Positions 37,201 to 46,597 of a DNA stretch of 64,000 nt are shown here, piece after piece (position 1 is the stretch's first letter; each line of letters starts with the position of its first letter). Location: the NCBI GenBank assembly GCA_035635755.1, contig DASQAK010000198.1:12710-76709 (forward strand), read 5' to 3'. Position numbers and translations under genes: made by a program. Source of the DNA: Candidatus Methylomirabilota bacterium. Its GTDB lineage: Bacteria; Methylomirabilota; Methylomirabilia; Rokubacteriales; CSP1-6. The notes beneath the pieces were generated by a model. That model was not told the origin of the DNA and did no database searches. It saw only the letters and a list, made by a program, of their open reading frames with translations.

Positions 37201-37423
37201 CTTCAGCGATCTGAGCATGCCCAGCATGACGGGGTGGGAGCTGGCTCGCGTCGTGCAAGAGGTCCTCCCCGGGCTGCCCGTCGTTCTCGTGAGCGGCTAC
37301 GCCGTCGAGGTCAGCCCGGAGGAGTTGCAGGCCAGCGGCGTCCACGCCGTGCTCGCCAAGCCCATCAACATCAAGGAAGTCCTGGGAGTCGCCGCGGCCA
37401 TACGGCCCCGGAGCGCGCAGTGA
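31241..37423 (+). CDS. Giant hybrid sensor histidine kinase: TM - periplasmic domain (about 230 aa) - TM - eight tandem GAF domains - HisKA - HATPase_c - receiver
   Basis: 2060 aa. TM helices lie near aa 5-27 and 262-285. Eight recurrences of the GAF C-terminal helix plus coiled linker were counted: ..VAHQIGQVVERSMLLAE, FASHAAIAIDNAQLFAQ, LADQAAVAIENARLFAD, FTGQAAIALEHSRLFRE, FVAQAAVAIRNAGLYAQ, IAGQLALALDNTRLYAE, VAAQVGLAMENSELARQ, LAGLAALALRSARLYQD. H-box EMASGVAHDFNNLL (His codon 36371-36373); N-box NLILNAVDAM; DTGVGI; GTGLGL. Receiver ..LVVDDE..DLVFSDLSMP (Asp codon 37208-37210)..LAKP. Confidence 0.93.
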   Translation: MRFSTRHLVFVASLATLVLSGLGMGGVAVTLRHLSFARQEAVARGQETAGLLIADAQAALRREAGLLARDAALVDGVAKGDWATLVRGVSPRLADLTLEGIADLVVILDDTGSPILQAPPQTQTALANPIALAKAPPSLISVGDRPYIIASAQVRLPGERSDGRPIGFVLVARRLENIAPAIGSPDRPALVFIEGGRSVAIGLGAPAQIDWSRATASGRLMLPDGRAYLVRPASQAMVSSPGQGRLWVLSGDVGASQRSRLLAWLGGLGVVALASAVAALLLARPSPGGRASKTTPFMPFETQDPDAELQRRNRELEALNAVALSMGRSADVLATAGEMLDVVRALAQMDVGGVHRVDPTAGTLTLIAQRGLSPEFAEQIRVRPLDGSYVGEAARTGRLIVTHIDPASITDPKLTQLQATRAHRSQLALPIPVKGRTWGVMSLISQERRDFPQEEVKVLESVAHQIGQVVERSMLLAEMEEQSRRLETLAESGHALTAARSLGDVLNAVVSAARRLVSDGAARLALVEGDRLVFRATAGLRGSAPAEMLESLGMGEGLAGRAAQNRAPVVCERIEDEPDLLGRSWLLAEGFVAGAALPLLVRDRLVGSLTMLTRTPYAFEPQDMDLLLSFASHAAIAIDNAQLFAQEQASAARYRALFEISRALATDLEADPILDAIVERCQNLTGAAAAGIFRVDPETRSIGYLRAAGVSQEFVASLRVRVGEGTAGRAIRERAPVWTEDILNDPTIALDEATRQLVEHEGYRSVLTVPVLIKGEPWGGITMYWWEPHALSAAEVEVMTALADQAAVAIENARLFADERSGRAYLSALLEVNKKIGALGPTDALLTSVAEEAMRLLDLDNAGFRLLEGDELVVAGLAGTAPETMLRARIKLNEGESLAGRVVATRAAVIGELAGLPAMTSEVMAADRRLGYTHYMALPLRVGERIIGVLTFRARRLFTRRDQEVAEAFTGQAAIALEHSRLFREAAQQAERLRSLARVNQLISSSLDTDEVLGGIARAAAALMGVPVVSVWVADGDTESLSVRAFSDAAMGEAFPLRTIAFGQGSIGLVALHRQALSIPNMADDPRQLGEDWWREHALTSFLGMPIVLQDRLLGVVALCGRAPFRLDADERELLESFVAQAAVAIRNAGLYAQTAQRLEQTRALLQVAEILNASLDPQQMLKRACVKIAQVCRVDRCSVERWNDDGVTPLMSQYADGRRDSAMWKRFTEQRSHTPADVPAYSQLMSTLRPVVIPDVAQTQLLPRDWVEGFGFKTCMIVPLIRQGRVMGAIQLDYTDRQPPWEPWQADLAVTIAGQLALALDNTRLYAEAQERLRETTTLLAVSRALSEIDAPDQVMRSVAREAGRTFGADMAGVYRFDPKQEALVPAAGWHVPKDLLPLFMTRPFRLDGMPALGEAWRSGRAAWSSDVRSDPGFAQAIFEDLEPHAVLFAPAMAHGAPVGAVFLIWWGGGREFTTQEVRLIEGVAAQVGLAMENSELARQTRLRLEETEALLAELSVLHDLSRTVTGQLHQEDVVEAIQRQVARLLDIRNMILAVTDEATGDLVPLLLLRDGARVLNPPPLSSAEREGLASLVAESGRSIRTDDYLGECRRRGVEAGLSAVPMRHWIGVPMLAGTQVVGVLALRSVERRFTEDDERVLSNLAGLAALALRSARLYQDRTRAYEELAQAQDQLVRSEKLRALGEMASGVAHDFNNLLAAILGRAQLLLQRVEDPTARQWLQIIERSAADGAKTVRRLQEFTRIRRDQPAVAVDLNQVVRDALEITESAWRLEPPRRGIHIQVVSKLEPDLPTTIGDPSELREVMTNLILNAVDAMPRGGTLTLATAKRSDKLEIRITDTGVGIPEAVRSKIFDPFFTTKGPKGTGLGLSMTYGILSRHGATISVDSVEGRGTTFAMLFPAGTAAKAPAPEAQPAPAVSLLRCLVVDDEEAVGDVIADVLRSAGHTAEVARSAGEGLSRIKTEPFDLVFSDLSMPSMTGWELARVVQEVLPGLPVVLVSGYAVEVSPEELQASGVHAVLAKPINIKEVLGVAAAIRPRSAQ

Positions 37424-38487
37424 CGAGCCCCATCATCGCCGATGCGGTGCGGGCCCTCGTGGAGCGGCGTGACCTCTCCCGGATCGAAGCGGCGGGAGCC
37501 ATGGACGCCATCATGTCCGGGGCCGCCACCAATGCGCAGATCGCGGCCTTTCTCGTCGCGCTCCGGATGAAGGGCGAGACGGTGGAGGAGCTGATCGGAT
37601 TCGCCCAGGTGATGCGGCAGAAGGTCGTGCGCGTCCGCACGCGCGGGGACGAGGTGGCGGGTCTCACCGGCACCGACCGCGAGATGCTCATCGACACCTG
37701 CGGCACGGGCGGCGACGCCTCCGGCACCTTCAATGTCTCCACCGCCACGGCCTTCGTGGTGGCGGGGGCGGGCCTGAAAGTCGCCAAGCACGGCAACCGC
37801 TCGTCCTCGACCTTGTGCGGATCGGCCGACGTCGTGGAGACCCTTGGGATCAGCCTCGAGCTTACCCCGGCGCAGGTGGGCCGCTGCATCGACGAGATCG
37901 GCATCGGGTTCATGTATGCCCCGCTCCTTCACACGGCCATGAAGCATGTGATGCCTGCCCGTCGTGAGATCGGAGTCCGGACCGTCTTCAATCTCCTGGG
38001 TCCGCTGACGAATCCCGCGGGCGCCAATGCCCAGGTGATCGGTGTCGCTTCGGCGGGCCTCACGGAGCCCCTGGCCCGCGTGCTCGCGGAGCTCGGCACC
38101 ATCCGGGCGTTCGTCGTCCACGGTGCCGACGGGCTCGACGAGATCTCCAACACCGGCGAGAGCCAGATCTCCGAGGTGCACGAGGGCGTGGTGCGGAGCT
38201 CGCGCGTGCGCCCCGAGGACTTCGGTCTGCCCCGCGCGACCATCCGTGATCTCCGGGGCGGCGATCGCGGCGAGAACGCCCAGATCATCCGTCTCGTGCT
38301 GGGCGGCGAGGCCGGCCCGCGACGGGACATCGTCCTCATGAATGTGGCGGCGGCCCTGGTGGCGGGAGGCAAGGCGCGCGACCTCAAGGAGGGCGTGGGG
38401 ATGGCATCCCAGTCCATCGACTCGGGCGCGGCCGCGTCGAAGCTTGCTGCCCTCGTGGAGCGCTCCCAGAGCCTCGCCAGCAACTAG
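37420..38487 (+). CDS. trpD: Anthranilate phosphoribosyltransferase
   Basis: The GTG at 37420 overlaps the kinase stop (GTGA). Motifs DTCGTGGDASGTFNVSTA, KHGNRSSSTLCGSADVVETLG, FNLLGPLTNPAGA. 355 aa. Confidence 0.9.
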   Translation: MTSPIIADAVRALVERRDLSRIEAAGAMDAIMSGAATNAQIAAFLVALRMKGETVEELIGFAQVMRQKVVRVRTRGDEVAGLTGTDREMLIDTCGTGGDASGTFNVSTATAFVVAGAGLKVAKHGNRSSSTLCGSADVVETLGISLELTPAQVGRCIDEIGIGFMYAPLLHTAMKHVMPARREIGVRTVFNLLGPLTNPAGANAQVIGVASAGLTEPLARVLAELGTIRAFVVHGADGLDEISNTGESQISEVHEGVVRSSRVRPEDFGLPRATIRDLRGGDRGENAQIIRLVLGGEAGPRRDIVLMNVAAALVAGGKARDLKEGVGMASQSIDSGAAASKLAALVERSQSLASN

Positions 38488-38557
38488 TAGCGGAGCACTC
38501 TTGCTCGTGAGGGCATGAGCAGTACTGAGGCAGACTCGTCGCGCGGTCGAACAGCCA

Positions 38558-38587
38558 TTGACCCGGGTCGGGACCCCCGGTTACAAT
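38558..38587 (+). promoter_or_regulatory. Candidate sigma70-type promoter TTGACC-18 nt-TACAAT upstream of the GntR regulator / etf-acd genes
   Basis: Near-consensus hexamers in the 209-bp spacer, about 110 nt upstream of the ATG at 38697. Confidence 0.45.
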
Positions 38588-38696
38588 GGCCCCGGTTGCC
38601 GTAACTGCCGACCGATCCTCCTGAAATCCCGTTCCGTAGCTCGACGACGGCGTTGAGCGGCCACCAGAGTTCTAGAAGACCAGCCGGGAGGCGGAG

Positions 38697-39431
38697 ATGC
38701 GAAGGACGGTGCCGCGCTATCACCAGATCGCCGAGGCTCTGCGCGCGCGCATCAGCGCGGGCGGCCTGACGGCGGGGCAGCGTCTCGACAATCAGCGCCA
38801 GCTCGCCCAGTCCTTCGGTGTGACGCTCATGACGCTCCGCCAGGCCCTCGACGTGCTCGCGCGCGACGGCCTGATCACGCGCCGCCACGGCCTCGGCACC
38901 TTCGTCGCGTCCCCGCCCGTCGACTACGACATCCTCCAGTTCAGGACACTCGCGGGGGATCTCAGCGCCGTGGGCGAGGACGTGGCGACGCGGTTTCTCC
39001 GGAGCCGGTTCGGGCGGGCCGATCGGCGCGTGGCGCAGGAGCTGGGCCTGGCCGAGGGTGCGCGGATGTTCGTCCTCGAGCGGCTGCGTCTCGTGGACGG
39101 CCAGCCGCTGTCCTTCCAGGTCTCGCACCTGCCCGCGGCCATCGGCGAAGAGACGGCCAAGGCGGATCTGACCGTGACCCCTCTCCGCCACGTCCTCTCC
39201 TTCAAGCTCGGCATCGAGATCACCGCCGCCCGCGAGACCGTGTCCGCCGAGACGCTGCCCGCGCGGGCGGCCCGAGAGCTCGGCTGCGCGGCGGGCGCCC
39301 CCTGCTTCCGCTCGGACCGCGTCTCCACCGACGCGGAGCGCCGTCCCATCGTCTACGACCGTGTCTTCATCCCCGGCGATCGCTTCCGCATCACGCGGCA
39401 ACTCCACTACGACAGGAGTGCGACAGCATGA
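38697..39431 (+). CDS. GntR-family transcriptional regulator (HutC-like, UTRA effector domain)
   Basis: N-terminal wHTH ..YHQIAEALRARI..RLDNQRQLAQSFGVTLMTLRQALDVLARDGLITRRHGLGTFV. The C-terminal domain of about 150 aa is UTRA-like. Confidence 0.88.
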   Translation: MRRTVPRYHQIAEALRARISAGGLTAGQRLDNQRQLAQSFGVTLMTLRQALDVLARDGLITRRHGLGTFVASPPVDYDILQFRTLAGDLSAVGEDVATRFLRSRFGRADRRVAQELGLAEGARMFVLERLRLVDGQPLSFQVSHLPAAIGEETAKADLTVTPLRHVLSFKLGIEITAARETVSAETLPARAARELGCAAGAPCFRSDRVSTDAERRPIVYDRVFIPGDRFRITRQLHYDRSATA

Positions 39432-40207
39432 AGATCCTCGTCATGATCAAGCAGGTGCCGGACACGGCGACCCAGGTGAAGATCTCTGGGGATCCGAAGG
39501 CCATCGACACGGCCGGCATCACCTGGATCGTCTCTCCCTACGACGAGTTCGCCGTCGAGGAGGCGCTCCGGATCAAGGAGAAGCGGGGGCAGGGCGAAGT
39601 GGTCGCCGTCACTCTGGGCCCGGAGCGCGCCAAGGAGGCCCTGCGGTCGTGCCTCGCCATGGGCGCCGATCGCGCCATCCATCTCAATGATCCCACCTGG
39701 GAGCAGGCCGACACCCTCCTCACCGCGCGCGCGCTCGCGGCCGTGATCAAGCAGGAGCAGGCCGCCCTCGCCCTCTTCGGGCGCCAGGCCATCGACGACG
39801 ACATGGGCGCGGTCGGCGCGGCGGTGGCCGAGCTACTCGGCTGGCCGTGCGCGTCCTGGATCATGGAGGAGTCGGTGGACGAGGCGGGCAAGACGATCCG
39901 CGTCGGGCGCCAGGTGGAAGGCGGACTCGAGATCTTCGATCTGCCGCTCCCCGCCGCCGTGTCGGCGCAAAAGGGCCTGAACGAGCCTCGCTATCCGACC
40001 CTCAAGGGCATCATGGGAGCCAAGAAGAAGGAGATCAAGGACGTCAAGGCCGCCGATCTCGGCCTGGCCTCCGAGGCGCCCGCTCTCTCCGTGGTCAAGC
40101 TCGAAGCGCTCCCGCCGCGTCCGCCGGGACGCATCATTCCCGGAGACCCCGCGGAAGCGGCCAAGGCCCTCGTGAAGGCCCTTCGCGAAGACGCCAAAGC
40201 AATCTAA
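39428..40207 (+). CDS. etfB: Electron transfer flavoprotein beta subunit
   Basis: MKILVMIKQVPDT..., ..VSPYDEFAVEEALRIKE.., and ..YPTLKGIMGAKKKEI... The ATGA overlaps the gntR stop. Confidence 0.95.
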   Translation: MKILVMIKQVPDTATQVKISGDPKAIDTAGITWIVSPYDEFAVEEALRIKEKRGQGEVVAVTLGPERAKEALRSCLAMGADRAIHLNDPTWEQADTLLTARALAAVIKQEQAALALFGRQAIDDDMGAVGAAVAELLGWPCASWIMEESVDEAGKTIRVGRQVEGGLEIFDLPLPAAVSAQKGLNEPRYPTLKGIMGAKKKEIKDVKAADLGLASEAPALSVVKLEALPPRPPGRIIPGDPAEAAKALVKALREDAKAI

Positions 40208-40230
40208 CTCTGCCAGGAGACGACAACGAT

Positions 40231-41220
40231 ATGGCCGGCGCGATCTGGTGCGTGGTTGAGGACGATAGGCAGGGCAATCCCAAGAAAGTGATGGCCGAGG
40301 TTCTGGGCGAAGCCTCGCGGCTGGCTTCGCAGCTGGGCGGCCCCACCGAAGCGGTGTGGCTCACCGACAAGGCGACCGAGGCCGGCCTCAAGCAGCTCGG
40401 TGAGTGGGGCGCCAAGCGTGTGCTTCTCGTCGAGAACGCCGGCCTCGCGCCGTATCGGGGCGAAGTGTGGGCGCCCGTGCTCGCCGAGCTGGTGCAGAAG
40501 GAGTCGCCGCAGGCGGTCTTTGGCGCGGTGACGACGCGGCAGCGCGAGGTCATGGCGCGCCTGGCCGCGCGGCTGGGCGCCGGGCTCGCCGCCGATGTCG
40601 TGGCCCTCGCCGTCGAGGACGGCAAGCTCATCGCCACGCGGCCCGTCTACGCGGGCAAGCTGCTCTCGAAGATGACCTGGGCCAAGACGCCGTGGCTCGC
40701 CACGCTCAGGCCCAATGTCTTCAAGCCGGCCGAAGGCCAGCCGGGGGCGGCGGCCGCGGTGGACAAGCCGGCGGCCACGGTGCCTGCGCCGGCCATGAGC
40801 CTCGTGGAGCGGCGGGAGGAGTCCTCCACCGGTCTTCCCGAGCTGGCCGAGGCCGAGATCGTGGTGTCAGGCGGCCGCGGTCTCAAGGGACCGGAGAACT
40901 TCGTCATCCTCGAATCCCTGGCCAAGGTGCTGGGGGCGGCCGTGGGCGCTTCGCGCGCGGCCGTCGACGCGGGCTGGCGGCCCCACCGCTTCCAGATCGG
41001 GCAGACGGGGCGGACCATCTCGCCGAAGCTGTATCTGGGCTTCGGCATCTCGGGCGCCATCCAGCACCTGGCGGGTATGCGCACCTCCAAGGTGATCTGC
41101 GCCATCAACAAGGACCCCGAGGCGCCGATCTTCAAGATTGCGGATTTCGGCATCGTGGGCGATCTCTTCGAGGTTGCCCCGGCGCTCGAGCAAGAGTTCA
41201 AGAAGCTCCTGGAGAAATAG
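40231..41220 (+). CDS. etfA: Electron transfer flavoprotein alpha subunit
   Basis: The C-terminal FAD-binding region is ..VVSGGRGLKGPENF..LGAAVGASRAAVDAGW..QIGQTGRTISPKLYLGFGISGAIQHLAGM... 329 aa. Confidence 0.95.
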   Translation: MAGAIWCVVEDDRQGNPKKVMAEVLGEASRLASQLGGPTEAVWLTDKATEAGLKQLGEWGAKRVLLVENAGLAPYRGEVWAPVLAELVQKESPQAVFGAVTTRQREVMARLAARLGAGLAADVVALAVEDGKLIATRPVYAGKLLSKMTWAKTPWLATLRPNVFKPAEGQPGAAAAVDKPAATVPAPAMSLVERREESSTGLPELAEAEIVVSGGRGLKGPENFVILESLAKVLGAAVGASRAAVDAGWRPHRFQIGQTGRTISPKLYLGFGISGAIQHLAGMRTSKVICAINKDPEAPIFKIADFGIVGDLFEVAPALEQEFKKLLEK

Positions 41221-41236
41221 CTTCCATAGATGGCCT

Positions 41237-41288
41237 TTCGAGCTGAGACGGGTCGACGAGCCGCAGGCGAGGCGAGGGCTGAATGAGG
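41237..41288 (+). repeat. Single R1 repeat unit (TTCGAGCTGAGACGGGTCGACGAGCCGCAGGCGAGGCGAGGGCTGAATGAGG)
   Basis: Same head, core and tail motifs as the units at 22507-22795 and 42468-42688. It lies between etfA and the next acyl-CoA dehydrogenase. Confidence 0.85.
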
Positions 41289-41305
41289 AAGCGTGTGAGC
41301 GACGC

Positions 41306-42463
41306 ATGAACGTGGAGCTGACGGAAGAGCAGAGGATGATCCAGGACGTGGCGCGTGATTTCGCCGAGAAGGAGCTGCGGCCCATCGCGGGGGCCATCGA
41401 CCGCGAGGCGCGCTTTCCCCGGGAGACCGTCCGCCGCATGGGCGAGCTCGGGCTCATGGGCATCTTCATCCCCGAGGCGTGGGGGGGCAGCGGCAGCGAT
41501 TCGGTGAGTTACGTCGTGGCCGTGGAGGAAGTCTCGCGGGGCTGCGCCTCTCACGGCGTCATCATGTCGGTGAACAACTCGCTCTTCTGCTACCCCGTGT
41601 GCACGCGCGGCACCGACGAGCAGAAGCGCCGCTTCCTCACCCCCTTCGCCTCCGGCACCAAGCTCGGCTGCTACTCCTTGACCGAGCCGGAGGCGGGCTC
41701 GGACGCCACCAACCAGCGCACGCGGGCCGAGCGCGCGGGCGACGTCTACGTGCTGAACGGCCGGAAGGTCTTCGTCACCAGTGGTCGTGAGGCGCACGCC
41801 GCGCTGGTCTTCGCCCAGACGGACGAGGTTCGCGCCCACCACGGAATCAGCGCCTTCATCGTGGAGAAGGGCACGCCCGGCTTCACGGTGGTCAAGACCG
41901 AGGACAAGCTGGGGATCCGCGCCTCGGACACCGCGGAGTTCCTCTTCGAGAATTGCCGGGTGCCCGTGGAGAACCGCCTGGGCGAAGAGGGGGAGGGGTT
42001 CAAGATCGCCCTCGGGGCCCTCGACGGCGGGCGCCTCGGCATCGCGGCCCAGGCCGTGGGCATCGCGGTGGCGGCCTACGAAGTATCGCTGGCCTATGCG
42101 CGCGAGCGTAAGAGCTTCGGCGTGCCCATCGGCGAGCACCAGATGGTGCAGTGGATGCTGGCCGACATGGCCACGGCCATTGAGGCGGCGCGCCTCCTCA
42201 CGCGGCGGGCGGCCTTCCTCAAGGACAAGGGTCTGCCCTTCGGCCCCGAGGCGGCCATGGCCAAGCTCTTCGCCTCCGAGATGGCCATGCGCGTGACCAC
42301 GGACGCCATCCAGGTCCACGGCGGCTACGGCTTCATCACGGAATACCCGGTGGAGCGGCACTTCCGGGACGCCAAGATCACTCAGCTCTACGAGGGGACG
42401 TCCCAGATCCAGAAGCTTGTCATCGCCCGACACCTTCTCGACGGTCAGACGAAGGCAGCGTAG
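41306..42463 (+). CDS. Short/branched-chain acyl-CoA dehydrogenase
   Basis: 385 aa. ..YSLTEPEAGSDATN.., ..RDAKITQLYEGTSQIQKLVIA... Confidence 0.92.
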   Translation: MNVELTEEQRMIQDVARDFAEKELRPIAGAIDREARFPRETVRRMGELGLMGIFIPEAWGGSGSDSVSYVVAVEEVSRGCASHGVIMSVNNSLFCYPVCTRGTDEQKRRFLTPFASGTKLGCYSLTEPEAGSDATNQRTRAERAGDVYVLNGRKVFVTSGREAHAALVFAQTDEVRAHHGISAFIVEKGTPGFTVVKTEDKLGIRASDTAEFLFENCRVPVENRLGEEGEGFKIALGALDGGRLGIAAQAVGIAVAAYEVSLAYARERKSFGVPIGEHQMVQWMLADMATAIEAARLLTRRAAFLKDKGLPFGPEAAMAKLFASEMAMRVTTDAIQVHGGYGFITEYPVERHFRDAKITQLYEGTSQIQKLVIARHLLDGQTKAA

Positions 42464-42467
42464 GCAG

Positions 42468-42688
42468 TTCGAGCTGAGACGTGGCCCGTTTTTCGAGCTG
42501 AGTGGCGAAGCCGCGCGGCGAGGGCCGAGTAGATCCCGCAGGCGTGGCAGTTCGAGATGAGCGGCGAAGCCGCGAGACGAGAGCTGAGTGGATCCGCGGC
42601 GAGGCGAGTGCTGAGAGAAGACGTTCGAGCTGAGACGGGGCCGACGAGCCGCAGGCGAGGAGCCCGGCGAGGCGAGTGCTGAGAGAGG
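42468..42688 (+). repeat. R1 repeat array (four units, heads at 42468, 42492, 42551, 42624)
   Basis: TTCGAGCTGAG / TTCGAGATGAG heads and GCGAGGGCCGAGT / GAGAGCTGAGT / GGCGAGTGCTGAGAGA tails. The last tail (..CTGAGAGAGGAG) supplies the SD-like sequence for the ATG at 42695. Confidence 0.85.
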
Positions 42689-42694
42689 AGCGAC

Positions 42695-44347
<1,653 letters not shown>

Positions 44348-44360
44348 AAGGAGTAGGACC

Positions 44361-45428
44361 ATGTCCGACGCGATCAGGATCGTCAAGGCGACGACGCGCA
44401 AGCCGAAGCCCAAGGACTCCGAGCTGGGCTTCGGGAATGTCTTCACCGACCACATGTTCGTGGCCGATTTCCAGGAGGAGAAGGGCTGGTACGATCCGCG
44501 GGTCGAGCCCTACGGGCTCCTGCCCCTCGATCCCGCGGCCGCCGTGCTGCACTATGCCCAGGCCGTCTTCGATGGCCTCAAGGCCTTCCGGGGCGTCGAT
44601 GGCAAGATCCGCCTCTTCCGCCCGCAGAAGCACGTGGAGCGTCTCAACAACTCCGCCAAGCACATGTGCATCCCGCCGCTGGATCCCGAGCTCGCCCTGC
44701 GGTCGCTCGTGACCCTCGTGGGGATCGAGCGCGAGTGGGTGCCCAAGGCCATCGGCACGTCGCTGTATATCCGGCCGACCATCATCGCCAGCGAGCCCTT
44801 CCTGGGCGTCCGCCCGGCCAAGTCGTACATCTACTTCGTCATCCTCTCGCCCGTGGGCGCCTACTACCCGGAGGGCATGGCCCCCGTCAAGATTCGCGTG
44901 GAGGAGCGGCATGTTCGCGCCGTGGAGGGCGGGCTGGGCGACGCCAAGACCGGCGCCAACTATGCGGCGAGCCTCATGGCGGGGGAGGAGGCCAAGCACG
45001 AGGGCTTCACCCAGGTCCTCTGGCTCGACGGCGTGCACCGGAAGTACATCGATGAGGTCGGGACCATGAACATCATGGTCAAGATCGCGGGCGAGGTGAT
45101 CACGCCGCCGCTCACCGGCACCATCCTGCCCGGCGTGACGCGCGACTCCGCCCTCACCCTCCTGCGCGATTGGGGCGGCAAGGTCAGCGAGCGCCAGGTC
45201 TCCATCGACGAGGTGGTCGATGCCTACACGGCCGGCACTCTGGAGGAGATCTTCGGTACCGGCACCGCCGCCGTCATCTCTCCCGTGGGCGAGCTCGCCT
45301 TCAAGGGCCACCGCATGGTCATCAACGGGGGAAAGATCGGACCGACGACCCAGAAGCTCTACGACGCCATCGTGGGCATCCAGTACGGCAAGCTCGCCGA
45401 TCCTCGCGGCTGGACGGTCGAGGTGTAG
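44361..45428 (+). CDS. ilvE: Branched-chain amino acid aminotransferase (long, class IV type)
   Basis: AAGGAG precedes the ATG. 355 aa. ..FGNVFTDHMF.., ..LHYAQAVFDGLKAFR.., ..GGLGDAKTGANYAAS.., ..TPPLTGTILPGVTRDS... Confidence 0.93.
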   Translation: MSDAIRIVKATTRKPKPKDSELGFGNVFTDHMFVADFQEEKGWYDPRVEPYGLLPLDPAAAVLHYAQAVFDGLKAFRGVDGKIRLFRPQKHVERLNNSAKHMCIPPLDPELALRSLVTLVGIEREWVPKAIGTSLYIRPTIIASEPFLGVRPAKSYIYFVILSPVGAYYPEGMAPVKIRVEERHVRAVEGGLGDAKTGANYAASLMAGEEAKHEGFTQVLWLDGVHRKYIDEVGTMNIMVKIAGEVITPPLTGTILPGVTRDSALTLLRDWGGKVSERQVSIDEVVDAYTAGTLEEIFGTGTAAVISPVGELAFKGHRMVINGGKIGPTTQKLYDAIVGIQYGKLADPRGWTVEV

Positions 45429-45430
45429 GA

Positions 45431-45844
45431 ATGGCCGATTGCATTTTCTGCATGATCCGCGACGGCAAGATCCCGTCCGCCAAGGTGTACGACGACCAGC
45501 GAACCCTTGCGTTCATGGACATCAATCCGCTGAGTCGCGGCCACTGCCTGGTGGTGCCCAAGGCCCACGCGGCCACGCTCTACGACGCGGAGGCGGAGGA
45601 TCTCAAGGCCGCCATCGCGACTGCGAAGAAGGTGGCGGGAGCCATACGGAAAACGCTGAATCCCGACGGGCTCAACTTGCTCCAGGCTAATGGAGCGGCG
45701 GCCTTCCAGTCCGTGCCGCACTTTCACCTGCACCTCATCCCGCGATGGACGAACGACGGGAAGGGGTTCGACTGGAAGGAAGTCCCAGGGAACCGGGAAG
45801 AGATCATGGGCACCGCGGACCGTATCCGCGCCATGTTCGGATAG
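45431..45844 (+). CDS. HIT-family (histidine triad) protein
   Basis: MADCIFCMI.., and the HxHxHxx motif [13 protein letters not shown]. 137 aa. Confidence 0.9.
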   Translation: MADCIFCMIRDGKIPSAKVYDDQRTLAFMDINPLSRGHCLVVPKAHAATLYDAEAEDLKAAIATAKKVAGAIRKTLNPDGLNLLQANGAAAFQSVPHFHLHLIPRWTNDGKGFDWKEVPGNREEIMGTADRIRAMFG

Positions 45845-45884
45845 CCATGGCCGAGCGAACGATCCATCTCGAGCGGCGCGGGTC

Positions 45885-46289
45885 ATGAGCGAGCGGAAGA
45901 TACGGCTCGTGGTCGCCAAGCCCGGATTGGACGGGCATGATCGCGGCGCCAAGATCGTGGCGCGCGCACTCCGCGACGCGGGCTTCGAGGTCATCTATAC
46001 CGGCCTCCACCAGACGCCAGAGCAGATCGTGGCGACGGCCATCCAGGAAGACGCCGACGCGGTCGGGCTCTCCGTCCTCTCGGGGGCCCACAATTACCTC
46101 TTCAAGCGCGTCCTGGAATTGCTGCGCGAGAAAGGCGCAGAGGATATCGTGGTTTTCGGCGGCGGGATCATCCCGGCCGAGGACATCGCCGCGCTCAAGG
46201 CCATGGGGGTCAAGGAGCTGTTCACCCCGGGGGCCACGACCCAGGACATCATCCGCTTCGTCCGCGACAACATCCGGGCTGCCGTATGA
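45885..46289 (+). CDS. icmB: B12-binding small subunit of the acyl-CoA mutase
   Basis: 134 aa. DxHxxG cobalamin motif in ..[19 protein letters not shown]... Also ..GLSVLSGAH.. and ..VVFGGGIIP... Confidence 0.88.
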   Translation: MSERKIRLVVAKPGLDGHDRGAKIVARALRDAGFEVIYTGLHQTPEQIVATAIQEDADAVGLSVLSGAHNYLFKRVLELLREKGAEDIVVFGGGIIPAEDIAALKAMGVKELFTPGATTQDIIRFVRDNIRAAV

Positions 46290-46366
46290 GCGCATGGGCT
46301 GTGTGCCGGCGGCGTGAGCTGGGTTGCGGGTCCGCTCAGGTCCGCTGTATGAACTCGCGCGCATTC

Positions 46367-46597
46367 GGCCGTCGGGGGGCAGGGGGGTGCCGTCGGGAGC
46401 GAATCCGACGAGCCGTAGCGCGCCCCGAAGCGCAGGGCACCTCCGCCGCGCGAGCCGTCCCCGCCGCAGGCGGGGTGGCGAGCGCACCCCCCGCTTCGGG
46501 GGGATGGGGGGGCAGGCGGAGGCGCCCGAGCGAGGTGGCGCGCGAGGCGAGGAGGTTTGAGCGGACGACGGCACCCCCCTGCCTCCCCCCGACGGCC
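46367..46597. repeat. Long-range inverted repeat (29/32 nt arms) enclosing about 170 bp of nested GC hairpins, within the 346-bp icmB-acd spacer
   Basis: GGCCGTCGGGGGGCAGGGGGGTGCCGTCG (46367-46395) versus CGACGGCACCCCCCTGCCTCCCCCCGACGGCC (46566-46597). Internal hairpins include CCCCGCC-GCA-GGCGGGG and CCCCCCG-CTT-CGGGGGG. R1-like fragments flank it (CGACGAGCCGTAGCG, GCGAGGCGAGGAGGTTTGAGC, TTCGAGCCGAATTCGAGC). Confidence 0.8.

Noticed and set aside
38488-38530. Rho-independent terminator after trpD (TGCTC..GAGCA).
   Set aside because: Only about 5 bp of clean stem and no U-tract. Too weak to call.
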